From assembly GCA_964658025.1 (NCBI GenBank), contig CAZZXB010000053.1, forward strand, positions 1 to 11,332: 11,332 nucleotides of DNA, in the 5' to 3' direction. The translations under genes were made by a program, and so were the position numbers. Of the stretch, positions 1 through 6,343 are shown one piece after another. The DNA comes from an uncultured Janthinobacterium sp. Its GTDB lineage: Bacteria > Vulcanimicrobiota > Vulcanimicrobiia > Vulcanimicrobiales > Vulcanimicrobiaceae. Positions within the stretch are counted from its first letter, which is position 1, and each line of letters opens with the position of its first letter. The notes beneath the pieces are model-generated. The model saw only the letters and a program-made list of their open reading frames with translations, was not told where the DNA came from and did no database searches.

Positions 1-213
1 CGTCGGCGGCGGCGTCGGCGGCGTGACCTTGATCTTTCTCACGATCGCGACTTTTTCGTCTTTTTCTTTCGATTGCGCCGCTTCGTTGAGATGGACGAAC
101 GGAAGCGTGATCGCGTGGAGCACGATCGAGATGAGGAACGCCCAGCCGATGAACGAGCCGACGCGTTGCGGGGACGGCGCGTTCTGCGGTGCGGGGGGAG
201 TCTGTGAGCTCAC
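1..213 (-). CDS. tonB: Energy transducer TonB/TolA-like protein, N-terminal part (runs off the left edge)
   Basis: Not in the ORF track because it is truncated. GTG at 213-211 overlaps the exbD stop (GTGA). Manual translation: MSSQTPPAPQNAPSPQRVGSFIGWAFLISIVLHAITLPFVHLNEAAQSKEKDEKVAIVRKIKVTPPTPPPT... It has a single TM helix with the TonB/TolA SxxxH motif (SIVLH), followed by the start of a Pro-rich linker, and lies directly downstream of exbB-exbD-exbD. Confidence 0.8.
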   Translation of the reverse strand, partial: MSSQTPPAPQNAPSPQRVGSFIGWAFLISIVLHAITLPFVHLNEAAQSKEKDEKVAIVRKIKVTPPTPPPT

Positions 214-623
214 GGCCCGGGCGCGCCTTCCGTCTTGTTCGCCAAGCCGAAATTCGTCAGATTCTCTTTCTTCGCCGCGTCCATCACTTGCAGGATGACG
301 CCGTAGCTCGATTTCGGCGTCGCCTTGATGATCACGCTGTTGAAATTATTGTTCGTCTGGAGTTGCAATTCGTGAAACGCCGCCGGCGCGTCGGCGACGC
401 TCACCGAATTCGATCCGATTTGGATGTGATCTTTATCGTCGATGTAGACCAAGATCTGCGAGGCCTTCACCTTGTCGGCATTTTTCGCGAGCGGCAGGAG
501 CGGCTCTTTCGTGACGGATGCGAGGATGATGAAGATGATCAGGAGGACCAGCAACACGTCCGTGAAGGGCGTGATGTTGATCGTCGACATGACGTCGTCG
601 TCGTTGCTCGTCGTGACGGCCAT
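210..623 (-). CDS. exbD: Biopolymer transporter ExbD/TolR family protein (copy 2)
   Basis: 137 aa with the INITPFTDVLLVLLIIF TM motif carrying the conserved Asp, and a typical C-terminal periplasmic segment VIIKA...YGVILQVMDAAK. Confidence 0.92.
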   Translation of the reverse strand: MAVTTSNDDDVMSTINITPFTDVLLVLLIIFIILASVTKEPLLPLAKNADKVKASQILVYIDDKDHIQIGSNSVSVADAPAAFHELQLQTNNNFNSVIIKATPKSSYGVILQVMDAAKKENLTNFGLANKTEGAPGP

Positions 624-624
624 G

Positions 625-1038
625 TTACGAGGTCACGAATCCGACGTCGTCGAGATTCGACTCCTTGGCCGCGTCGAGGATGCGGATGATCGTCCCGTAC
701 GGTGCCTTCGTGTCGGCCGTGATCGCCACGTGGATGCGCCCCTTCTTCGCGACCGCGTCGTTCATCGCGCCGTAGATCCCGCGTTCGTCCGTGCGGACGT
801 CGTCGACGAAGATCACGCCGCGATTGTTGACCTCGACGTCGATCTGCTTCGGATTCTTCTGGCTTTGCGACTGATTCGGGTCGTTGTTGTTCGGAAGTTC
901 TTTTTGGAAGCCCGGAGGCGTGACGAGCGCCGCGAGGATCATGAAGATGATGAGCAAGACGAGCAACACGTCCGTGAACGGCGTGATGTTGATCTCCGCC
1001 ATGACTTCATCGTCTTGTTGCGATCCGACGAGCGACAT
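625..1038 (-). CDS. exbD: Biopolymer transporter ExbD/TolR family protein (copy 1)
   Basis: 137 aa with EINITPFTDVLLVLLIIFMI and VAITADTKAPYGTIIRILDAAK, the ExbD/TolR signatures. Confidence 0.94.
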   Translation of the reverse strand: MSLVGSQQDDEVMAEINITPFTDVLLVLLIIFMILAALVTPPGFQKELPNNNDPNQSQSQKNPKQIDVEVNNRGVIFVDDVRTDERGIYGAMNDAVAKKGRIHVAITADTKAPYGTIIRILDAAKESNLDDVGFVTS

Positions 1039-1053
1039 AGAGTGGGAGGCCCG

Positions 1054-1740
1054 CTACTTCGCGGTCGCCGCGGCGGCCCGCGCGCCGACGGGCTGATAGA
1101 GATCCGTCGGGATCGGTTCTCCGATATTGTGGAAGTGCAGGATCTCGGCGAGTTGGTTCGCCGCGACGATCATCTCTTGGTTGTAGCCCTTGATCTGGGT
1201 TTTGAAGTAATTGAAGAACACGACCGAGATGACGGCGACGAGAAGTCCGGCCGCCGTCGTGACGAGCGCTTCGCCGACGCCCGCGGCGACGACGGCGGGA
1301 GTCGAGTTGCCCCTGAGCGCGATGTCTTGGAACGCGTGGATGATACCGAGAACGGTTCCGAAGAGACCGACGAACGGTGCGATGACCGCGATCGTGCCGA
1401 CGACGCCCAAGTTGCGCTCCAAGAGATTGAGGTTCTCCATCAACGCTATGGAGAGCGCATCCGTGATGTCCGCGCGATTTTTCGTTCCGCGCTGGAGACC
1501 GAAGGCGAGGATCCGCGGGAGCATGCCGCGACTCTGGTTGCAGTGTTTCACCGCGCCCGAGATGTCGTCGACGGCGATACGCTGGCTGAGCGCGCGAAGC
1601 AAGCCTTTCGTGTCGCCCTTCTCTCGGGCGAAGAACGCGAGGCGTTCGATCACGACCGCGACCACGATGACGGAGAGCACGATCAGGACGATCATGTCCG
1701 GACCGCCCTGCTTGATCAGTTCGAGAAATCCACTAAACAC
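1054..1740 (-). CDS. exbB: MotA/TolQ/ExbB proton channel family protein
   Basis: 228 aa. N-terminal TM (GGPDMIVLIVLSVIVVAVVIER), plus the motifs GTIAVIAPFVGLFGTVLGIIHAF and VGEALVTTAAGLLVAV. GTG start with GGAGG 12 nt upstream (1757-1753). Confidence 0.94.
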   Translation of the reverse strand: MFSGFLELIKQGGPDMIVLIVLSVIVVAVVIERLAFFAREKGDTKGLLRALSQRIAVDDISGAVKHCNQSRGMLPRILAFGLQRGTKNRADITDALSIALMENLNLLERNLGVVGTIAVIAPFVGLFGTVLGIIHAFQDIALRGNSTPAVVAAGVGEALVTTAAGLLVAVISVVFFNYFKTQIKGYNQEMIVAANQLAEILHFHNIGEPIPTDLYQPVGARAAAATAK

Positions 1741-1869
1741 GCTGCTGCGGCGCCTCCAAGAGTGCTACGCGTAGGTATTCGAGCCGGACGACGTCACCCA
1801 GGTGACACCAAAGACCAGTCGCGAGGCCTCGGTGTTTACCACGGTCGGAACGTTCTCCTAGTGCGGTCG

Positions 1870-3180
1870 TTACTTCGTTCCGCCGACTTGTTTGATGGCA
1901 TTTTCGATCGCCGCCGTCAACGCGGGATCGCTGCCGGTCTTCGCCGATGCGTCGGCCTTATTGAGAAAGACGAGCGCGTCTTTTTGCTTTCCGGCTTGGT
2001 TCGCGAGCGCGACGCCCGCGGCGAAATTCGCGACGGCGCCGTCCGGCGCGAGTGCCAGGGATTTGTCGGCGTCCGCCTTCGCCTTCGCGTTATCGGCGGT
2101 CGGTTTGATGTTGAGATACGACACGGCGGCCTGCGCGTAGAGCGGAGCGGCTTGACCCGGAGCCGCGAGCGCGGCCTGCTCGTAGAGCGCCGCGGCGTCG
2201 GCGTCTTTGCTCGCCTTCGTCGCCGCGGTCGCCTGTTTGACGTAGTAGTTCGCGTAGGCGCTCTGCGTGCTCTGCGAACTCGGATCGAGTTGTTGCGCTT
2301 CGGCGGCGACGGTCTTCGCCTCGTCGGGTTTGCCCGCGTCGAGATAGGTCGAGACGAGATTGGAATCGACGAGCGCGCGCTCTTTGGGCTTCACGCTTGA
2401 GTCTTTGGACCCAACGTTCCGCGCGCTTTCGAACGCGGCGATCGCCGACGTCGGGTCGCCGGCCTGCGATTGCGCGAGACCGAGCGTGTTGTACGCGTAG
2501 AACGTCGGCGAGAGATCGACGGCGCGCTTCGCGGCGGCGACGGCGCCCGGCGCGTCGCTCGTCTTGAGCTTGGCGGCGGCGGTCTCCGCGTACGCTTTCG
2601 AGGCGAGCGGCTTGACGGCCGACGGAAGCGTCCCCGCTTTGTCGAACGCGGCGGCGGCATCGGCGTAGTTGCCGAGAAACACGTTCGCCGCGCCGAGATC
2701 CGCCTGCGCTTTTTGGTCGTCCGGATGCGCTTGCACGTACGCGACGAGACCGGTCTTGGCGCCTCGATAGTTCCCCGACCGCAGCATCCGTCCGAACGCC
2801 GCTTCTCCGCCCGGGGCCTCGCTCTCGTCGGACGCCGAGGCCTGGGTTCCGACGAACTTCAGCGTGAAATCGTAGAAGGCCGTCTGCTTGACGGTGCCGC
2901 GCGTCGCGGGCGCGTAGGTCGACGATTTCGCGATCTCGAGCGCGGCCGCATTGTCCGCCGCGTTCGTCGTGCGCACGACGCGTTGCACTTTGAACGTGCC
3001 GCTCTTGTCGACGAGCACCTGGACGACGACCGTCCCGTTGCCGGCGACCGGCGTCGTGTTCTTCCCGCGCGTGAGGAGCTTCGGCGGCGTGTAGTAAGCG
3101 GGGGCGCTCTGCGCGAGCGCCGGCATCGGCGCCGCGATCGCGACGGCTGCCGCAAGCGAAAGTCTCAGGTACACAATCAT
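1870..3180 (-). CDS. Secreted protein: signal peptide + TonB C-terminal-like domain + tetratricopeptide repeats
   Basis: The true start is probably ATG 3180 (ATGA overlap with the tyrA stop; GTG 3174 is an alternative), not 3654. ~436 aa. Sec signal ...AAAVAIAAPMPALA|Q; TonB_C-like segment TPPKLL...GTVVVQVLVDKSG...AALEIAKSSTYAPA...FYDFTLKF; then Ala-rich TPR-like helices (AQADLGAANVFLGNYADAAAAFDKA; AYNTLGLAQSQAGDPTSAIAAFESA). Confidence 0.8.
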   Translation of the reverse strand: MIVYLRLSLAAAVAIAAPMPALAQSAPAYYTPPKLLTRGKNTTPVAGNGTVVVQVLVDKSGTFKVQRVVRTTNAADNAAALEIAKSSTYAPATRGTVKQTAFYDFTLKFVGTQASASDESEAPGGEAAFGRMLRSGNYRGAKTGLVAYVQAHPDDQKAQADLGAANVFLGNYADAAAAFDKAGTLPSAVKPLASKAYAETAAAKLKTSDAPGAVAAAKRAVDLSPTFYAYNTLGLAQSQAGDPTSAIAAFESARNVGSKDSSVKPKERALVDSNLVSTYLDAGKPDEAKTVAAEAQQLDPSSQSTQSAYANYYVKQATAATKASKDADAAALYEQAALAAPGQAAPLYAQAAVSYLNIKPTADNAKAKADADKSLALAPDGAVANFAAGVALANQAGKQKDALVFLNKADASAKTGSDPALTAAIENAIKQVGGTK

Positions 3181-4076
3181 ATCCTCTCGTCGGTGAGCGT
3201 GGTCGTCTGCGAAACGGGCGCGGCGACGCGATCGTCGCGCCCGAGGAACGCCGTCGTTTCCGCACCCGCGCGAAACAACGCTGCGAGCGGCGCGCGATCG
3301 TCCGAATCGAGCGCCCGCGCGGCGCCGGCGAGTACGTCCGCGAACGAACGCAACTCCCGCGCCACGTTCTCGGCGTTCGCTGCGAGGATCGTTTCCCAAA
3401 GCGGCCACGACGAACCCGCGAGCCGCAGCATCGACGCGAGTCCGGGACCGCTCAGGTCGAGCGCGCGCGCGCGCCCCGGCTCGCCGAAGCGCGCGCCGAG
3501 GGCGGCGGAGACGAGTTGCGGGAGGTGCGAGGTCGCCGCGACGATCCGATCGTGCTCGTCGGGATCGATCGCGATCGGAACGCCGCCCATCCGCTCGATG
3601 AACGCGAGCGCGGAGACGACCGACGCGCTCGCGGCGCCCGGATCGTACGCCCACGAGCGGCCTTCGAAGAGCCGCGCGTCCGCGGCGCCCGGACCGCTCG
3701 CGTGCGATCCCGCGATCGGGTGCGTCGCGACGAACGTCCGAACGCCCCGACCCGCCCGCGCGATCCGCGCCTTGACGGAGGCGACGTCGAGCACGAGCGT
3801 CGCGGTCCCCGGATCGCGCGCGAGGAGCGCGAGCGCCTCCGAGACGGAATCGGGGGGCGCGGCGAGCACGAGGACGTCGACGCCGTCCGCGAGGTCGCGG
3901 AAGGAAGCGACGGGTTCCTCGATCGCGCCGCGCCGATGCGCGCTCGCGAGATTCGGCGCGTGCGGATCCCAGCCGACGACGCGGTCGCCCGTCTCCCGCG
4001 CGCGCAGGCCGATCGACGCGCCGATCAGGCCCGTCCCCGCGATGCCGACGCGGGCGCCGCTCGCCCGGCGGGTCAT
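3177..4076 (-). CDS. tyrA: Prephenate/arogenate dehydrogenase (TyrA family), no ACT domain evident
   Basis: Rossmann motif GIAGTGLIGASIG plus DVASVK, HPIAGS and HDRIVAATSHLPQ motifs. ATGA overlap with aroH. Confidence 0.92.
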   Translation of the reverse strand: MTRRASGARVGIAGTGLIGASIGLRARETGDRVVGWDPHAPNLASAHRRGAIEEPVASFRDLADGVDVLVLAAPPDSVSEALALLARDPGTATLVLDVASVKARIARAGRGVRTFVATHPIAGSHASGPGAADARLFEGRSWAYDPGAASASVVSALAFIERMGGVPIAIDPDEHDRIVAATSHLPQLVSAALGARFGEPGRARALDLSGPGLASMLRLAGSSWPLWETILAANAENVARELRSFADVLAGAARALDSDDRAPLAALFRAGAETTAFLGRDDRVAAPVSQTTTLTDERI

Positions 4077-4453
4077 TGGGGATTCGCGCTACGCGATACG
4101 AGATCGGGACGCAGCGATACCGCCTCGCGCAGATAGACGTGCACCATCTCCGCCTGCGCCCGTTCGGTGTTGACGTGCAAGAGCACGCGGATGCAGCGCG
4201 CCAGGCGACCGGGGACGCCGATCTCCGTGAAGTTCAGGAGCGGGACCATCGTCCACCCGATCCGCCGCGCCGCCGCGGCCGGAAACTCCGCATGGAGGTC
4301 GGGCGTGACCGTGAACAGTGCCGAGCCGATGTCCTCCGGACGCAGATCGTTCGCCGCGACGAGTTCGCGCACGAGTTCTTCCGTCGCGCCGAGGATCGCT
4401 TCGGCCTCGTCGCGATCGACCGTCGTCGCGCCGCGGATCCCGCGCACGCTCAC
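4073..4453 (-). CDS. aroH: Chorismate mutase, AroH class
   Basis: Motifs VRGIRGATTV, FPAAAAR, RCIRVLLH and HVYLREAVSLRPDL; 126 aa; GTGA overlap with the rluB stop. Confidence 0.96.
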   Translation of the reverse strand: MSVRGIRGATTVDRDEAEAILGATEELVRELVAANDLRPEDIGSALFTVTPDLHAEFPAAAARRIGWTMVPLLNFTEIGVPGRLARCIRVLLHVNTERAQAEMVHVYLREAVSLRPDLVSRSANPQ

Positions 4454-5181
4454 GGCGCGTCCTCCGCGGCCATCCGCGCGATCGCCCGCAGCGACGCGAG
4501 TTCCTTATCGGTCGCGTCGCGCCACACGCCCGGTCGCAGATCGCCGAGCGAGAGCGGACCGAAGCGCAAGCGCGTCAGCGCGAGCACCGGATGCGACGTG
4601 GCCTCGAACATGCGGCGGACCTGCCGGTTGCGCCCTTCGTGGATCGTGACGTCGACTTCGGAGCTCGCCGGCCCGACGCGGACGACGCGGATCTTCGCGG
4701 GCTCGCTCTTGCCGTCGTCGAGACGCATCCCGGAGATGAAACGCTTCATATCCGCGCCCGCGAGCCGACCCCCGACGACCGCGCGATACGTCTTCTCGAC
4801 GCCGAACCGCGGATGCGTGAGCAGGTGCGCGAGATCGCCGTCGTCGGTCATCAGGAGCACGCCCGACGTATCGTAATCGAGACGCCCGACGGGAACGACG
4901 CGACCGGGCTCGCGCGGCACGAGCGACGCGACCGTCCGCCGGCCGGCGGGATCGCGCATCGTCGTCATCACCTTGAGCGGTTTGTTCAGCACGAGGTACC
5001 GACGTTCGTCCGCGACGCGAACGAGTTTTCCCGCGAGCTCGACGCGGTCGCCCGCGACGACGCTCGTCCCGAGCTCGCGGACGACGGTCCCGTTGACGCG
5101 GACGTGGCCGGCGACGATGAATTCCTCCGCACGGCGTCGCGACGATACCCCCGCATGAGCGAGATATTTTTGGAGGCGCAC
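4450..5181 (-). CDS. rluB: rRNA pseudouridine synthase, RsuA/RluB family
   Basis: S4 domain RLQKYLAHAGVSSRRRAEEFI, LNKP, catalytic GRLD, HPRFGVEKTY and EGRNRQVRRMFE. Confidence 0.9.
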   Translation of the reverse strand: MRLQKYLAHAGVSSRRRAEEFIVAGHVRVNGTVVRELGTSVVAGDRVELAGKLVRVADERRYLVLNKPLKVMTTMRDPAGRRTVASLVPREPGRVVPVGRLDYDTSGVLLMTDDGDLAHLLTHPRFGVEKTYRAVVGGRLAGADMKRFISGMRLDDGKSEPAKIRVVRVGPASSEVDVTIHEGRNRQVRRMFEATSHPVLALTRLRFGPLSLGDLRPGVWRDATDKELASLRAIARMAAEDAP

Positions 5182-5245
5182 GGCCGGTGACGTTCGCCGC
5201 TCGCGGGCGCTTACTTCCCCGCGCCGCGCCGGGCGAGACGGAACT

Positions 5246-5839
5246 TCAGCGGTTAAGCGATATCGGACCGCTGACGAATGCGTTGCCGCGTTCGAAAAAA
5301 CGTAACGGACGGTCGACCTCTTTCGTAAGGCCGATCCGGCGACTCGTGCCGATCGGACCGCGCGTCGCGGAGGGCGCGCCGAGCCGGAGCGGTCCGGGCT
5401 CGCAGAGATCGAGACCGTCGTGGAGTCGCGAGATGCCGAACGCTTGGGCGAGACGGCCCGGACCCCGACAGAGATCGGGCCGCTCGCCGCGACGGACGCG
5501 CATGAGCTCGAGTCCGGCGAGCGGTTCCGCGGCGCGCAACAACACCGCGCCGCCGACGCCCCGCGCCTCGCTCACGACGTTGAGACAGTACCAGGCTCCG
5601 TAAATGAAGTAGACGTACGCGCACCCGAGGTCGCCGAACATCGCGGCGTTTCGCGCCGTCCGTCCGCGAAACGCGTGGGAGGCCGCGTCGTCCGGAAGGT
5701 AGGCTTCGGTCTCGACGATCCGTGCGACGCACGTTCCGTTTTCGGCGGCGCCGACGAGCGTCGTTCCGATCAGAAACCGCGCGAGCGCGATCGTGTCCCG
5801 CGGGAGATCGCGCCGGTCGAGCGATTGCGGGTCGCGCAA
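5246..5839 (-). CDS. mpg: DNA-3-methyladenine glycosylase (Mpg/AAG family)
   Basis: C-terminal ~200 aa of the 5246..6463 ORF: RIVETEAY, ASH, MFG..G.AYVYFIYG.WYCLNVV, AVLLRAAEP, LCRGPGRLAQAFGI, RIG. The start is uncertain: TTG 5839, or CTG 5863 overlapping the upstream stop. The N-terminal half of the listed ORF overlaps another gene and is not homologous. Confidence 0.92.
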   Translation of the reverse strand: MRDPQSLDRRDLPRDTIALARFLIGTTLVGAAENGTCVARIVETEAYLPDDAASHAFRGRTARNAAMFGDLGCAYVYFIYGAWYCLNVVSEARGVGGAVLLRAAEPLAGLELMRVRRGERPDLCRGPGRLAQAFGISRLHDGLDLCEPGPLRLGAPSATRGPIGTSRRIGLTKEVDRPLRFFERGNAFVSGPISLNR

Positions 5840-5859
5840 CGTCCGCGTACGGGTGCCGC

Positions 5860-6291
5860 TCAGGCGGCGACGTGCAGCGACACCTCGGCTCGCGCGCGAG
5901 CGACCAAATCGGCGACCTCGTCGTCCGTCGCCGACGCGATCGAGAAGTCGGCGAAACGGTTGAGACTGCAGCGAAGCGCGATGTAGGGAAGTAGGAGCGC
6001 GGTCGGGAGCGCCGTGCGATCCCGTACTTCTTCGACGACGCGCCCGTCGGCGATGCGAAAGATCGCTTCCCGAACGCCGCGCTCGCGCAAGAATTCGGCG
6101 GTCGCGCGGAGCGCCGCGTAACTCGTGTCCCGGCCCTCGAGAACCGGGCGTTGCGGCGCGACGAAGGCAACGCGGATCGACGACTCGCGAGCCCCGCGAC
6201 GAACCCGCCCGAAGGCGACGCCGTTTCCCTGCGCATCGGCCGCGAATCCGAGCGTCACGACGACCGAGTTCGAGCCACCGCGTTTTTCCAT
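5860..6291 (-). CDS. Hypothetical protein; predicted degenerate (inactive) RNase HI-like fold
   Basis: Protein-like composition and it fills the gap between promoter and mpg. The start is ATG 6291 (9 nt after GAGG at 6304-6301) or ATG 6297; ATG 6315 lies inside the -10 element. The pattern DTSYAAL..TAEFLRERGVREAIFRIADGRVVEEV...LLLPY...LNRF parallels the RNase HI pattern AEY.GL..GL..A..LG..E..V..DS.LVVEQ...L..LY.....F. Confidence refers to the fold call; the CDS itself is likely real. Confidence 0.65.
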   Translation of the reverse strand: MEKRGGSNSVVVTLGFAADAQGNGVAFGRVRRGARESSIRVAFVAPQRPVLEGRDTSYAALRATAEFLRERGVREAIFRIADGRVVEEVRDRTALPTALLLPYIALRCSLNRFADFSIASATDDEVADLVARARAEVSLHVAA

Positions 6292-6313
6292 CAGCATGAT
6301 CCTCTTTTTCCCC

Positions 6314-6343
6314 ATCGTACGTCGAACGTACGTTCGATGTCAA
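6314..6343 (-). promoter_or_regulatory. Sigma70/SigA-type promoter: TTGACA (6343-6338) - 18 nt - TACGAT (6319-6314)
   Basis: Perfect -35 and a TAnnnT -10 (4/6 match to TATAAT) with an 18-nt spacer, followed by a short purine-rich leader with GAGG and ATG. The -35 overlaps the TGA stop of the upstream GT4. Confidence 0.85.
6322..6337. promoter_or_regulatory. LexA operator (SOS/Cheo box, GAAC-N4-GTTC type)
   Basis: Perfect 16-bp palindrome TCGAAC-GTAC-GTTCGA matching the Firmicutes/Actinobacteria-type LexA consensus (CGAAC-N4-GTTCG). It sits between -35 and -10, upstream of a DNA repair glycosylase. Confidence 0.88.

Noticed and set aside
1741..1869. Cobalamin riboswitch or Fur box upstream of exbB
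   Set aside because: The region is too short, lacks the GGGAA/GCCACUG B12-box elements, and has no AT-rich GATAAT repeat.
472..2400. 642-aa plus-strand ORF, and similar long ORFs 2470..4173, 4318..5190, 6151..7323, 7642..8472 and 9823..10923
   Set aside because: Antisense shadows of well-supported genes in GC-rich DNA; Arg-rich, with no recognisable motifs.
3181..3654. 158-aa N-terminal extension of the TonB_C-TPR ORF
   Set aside because: It overlaps tyrA in another frame and is low-complexity Arg-rich; the signal peptide starts at 3180.
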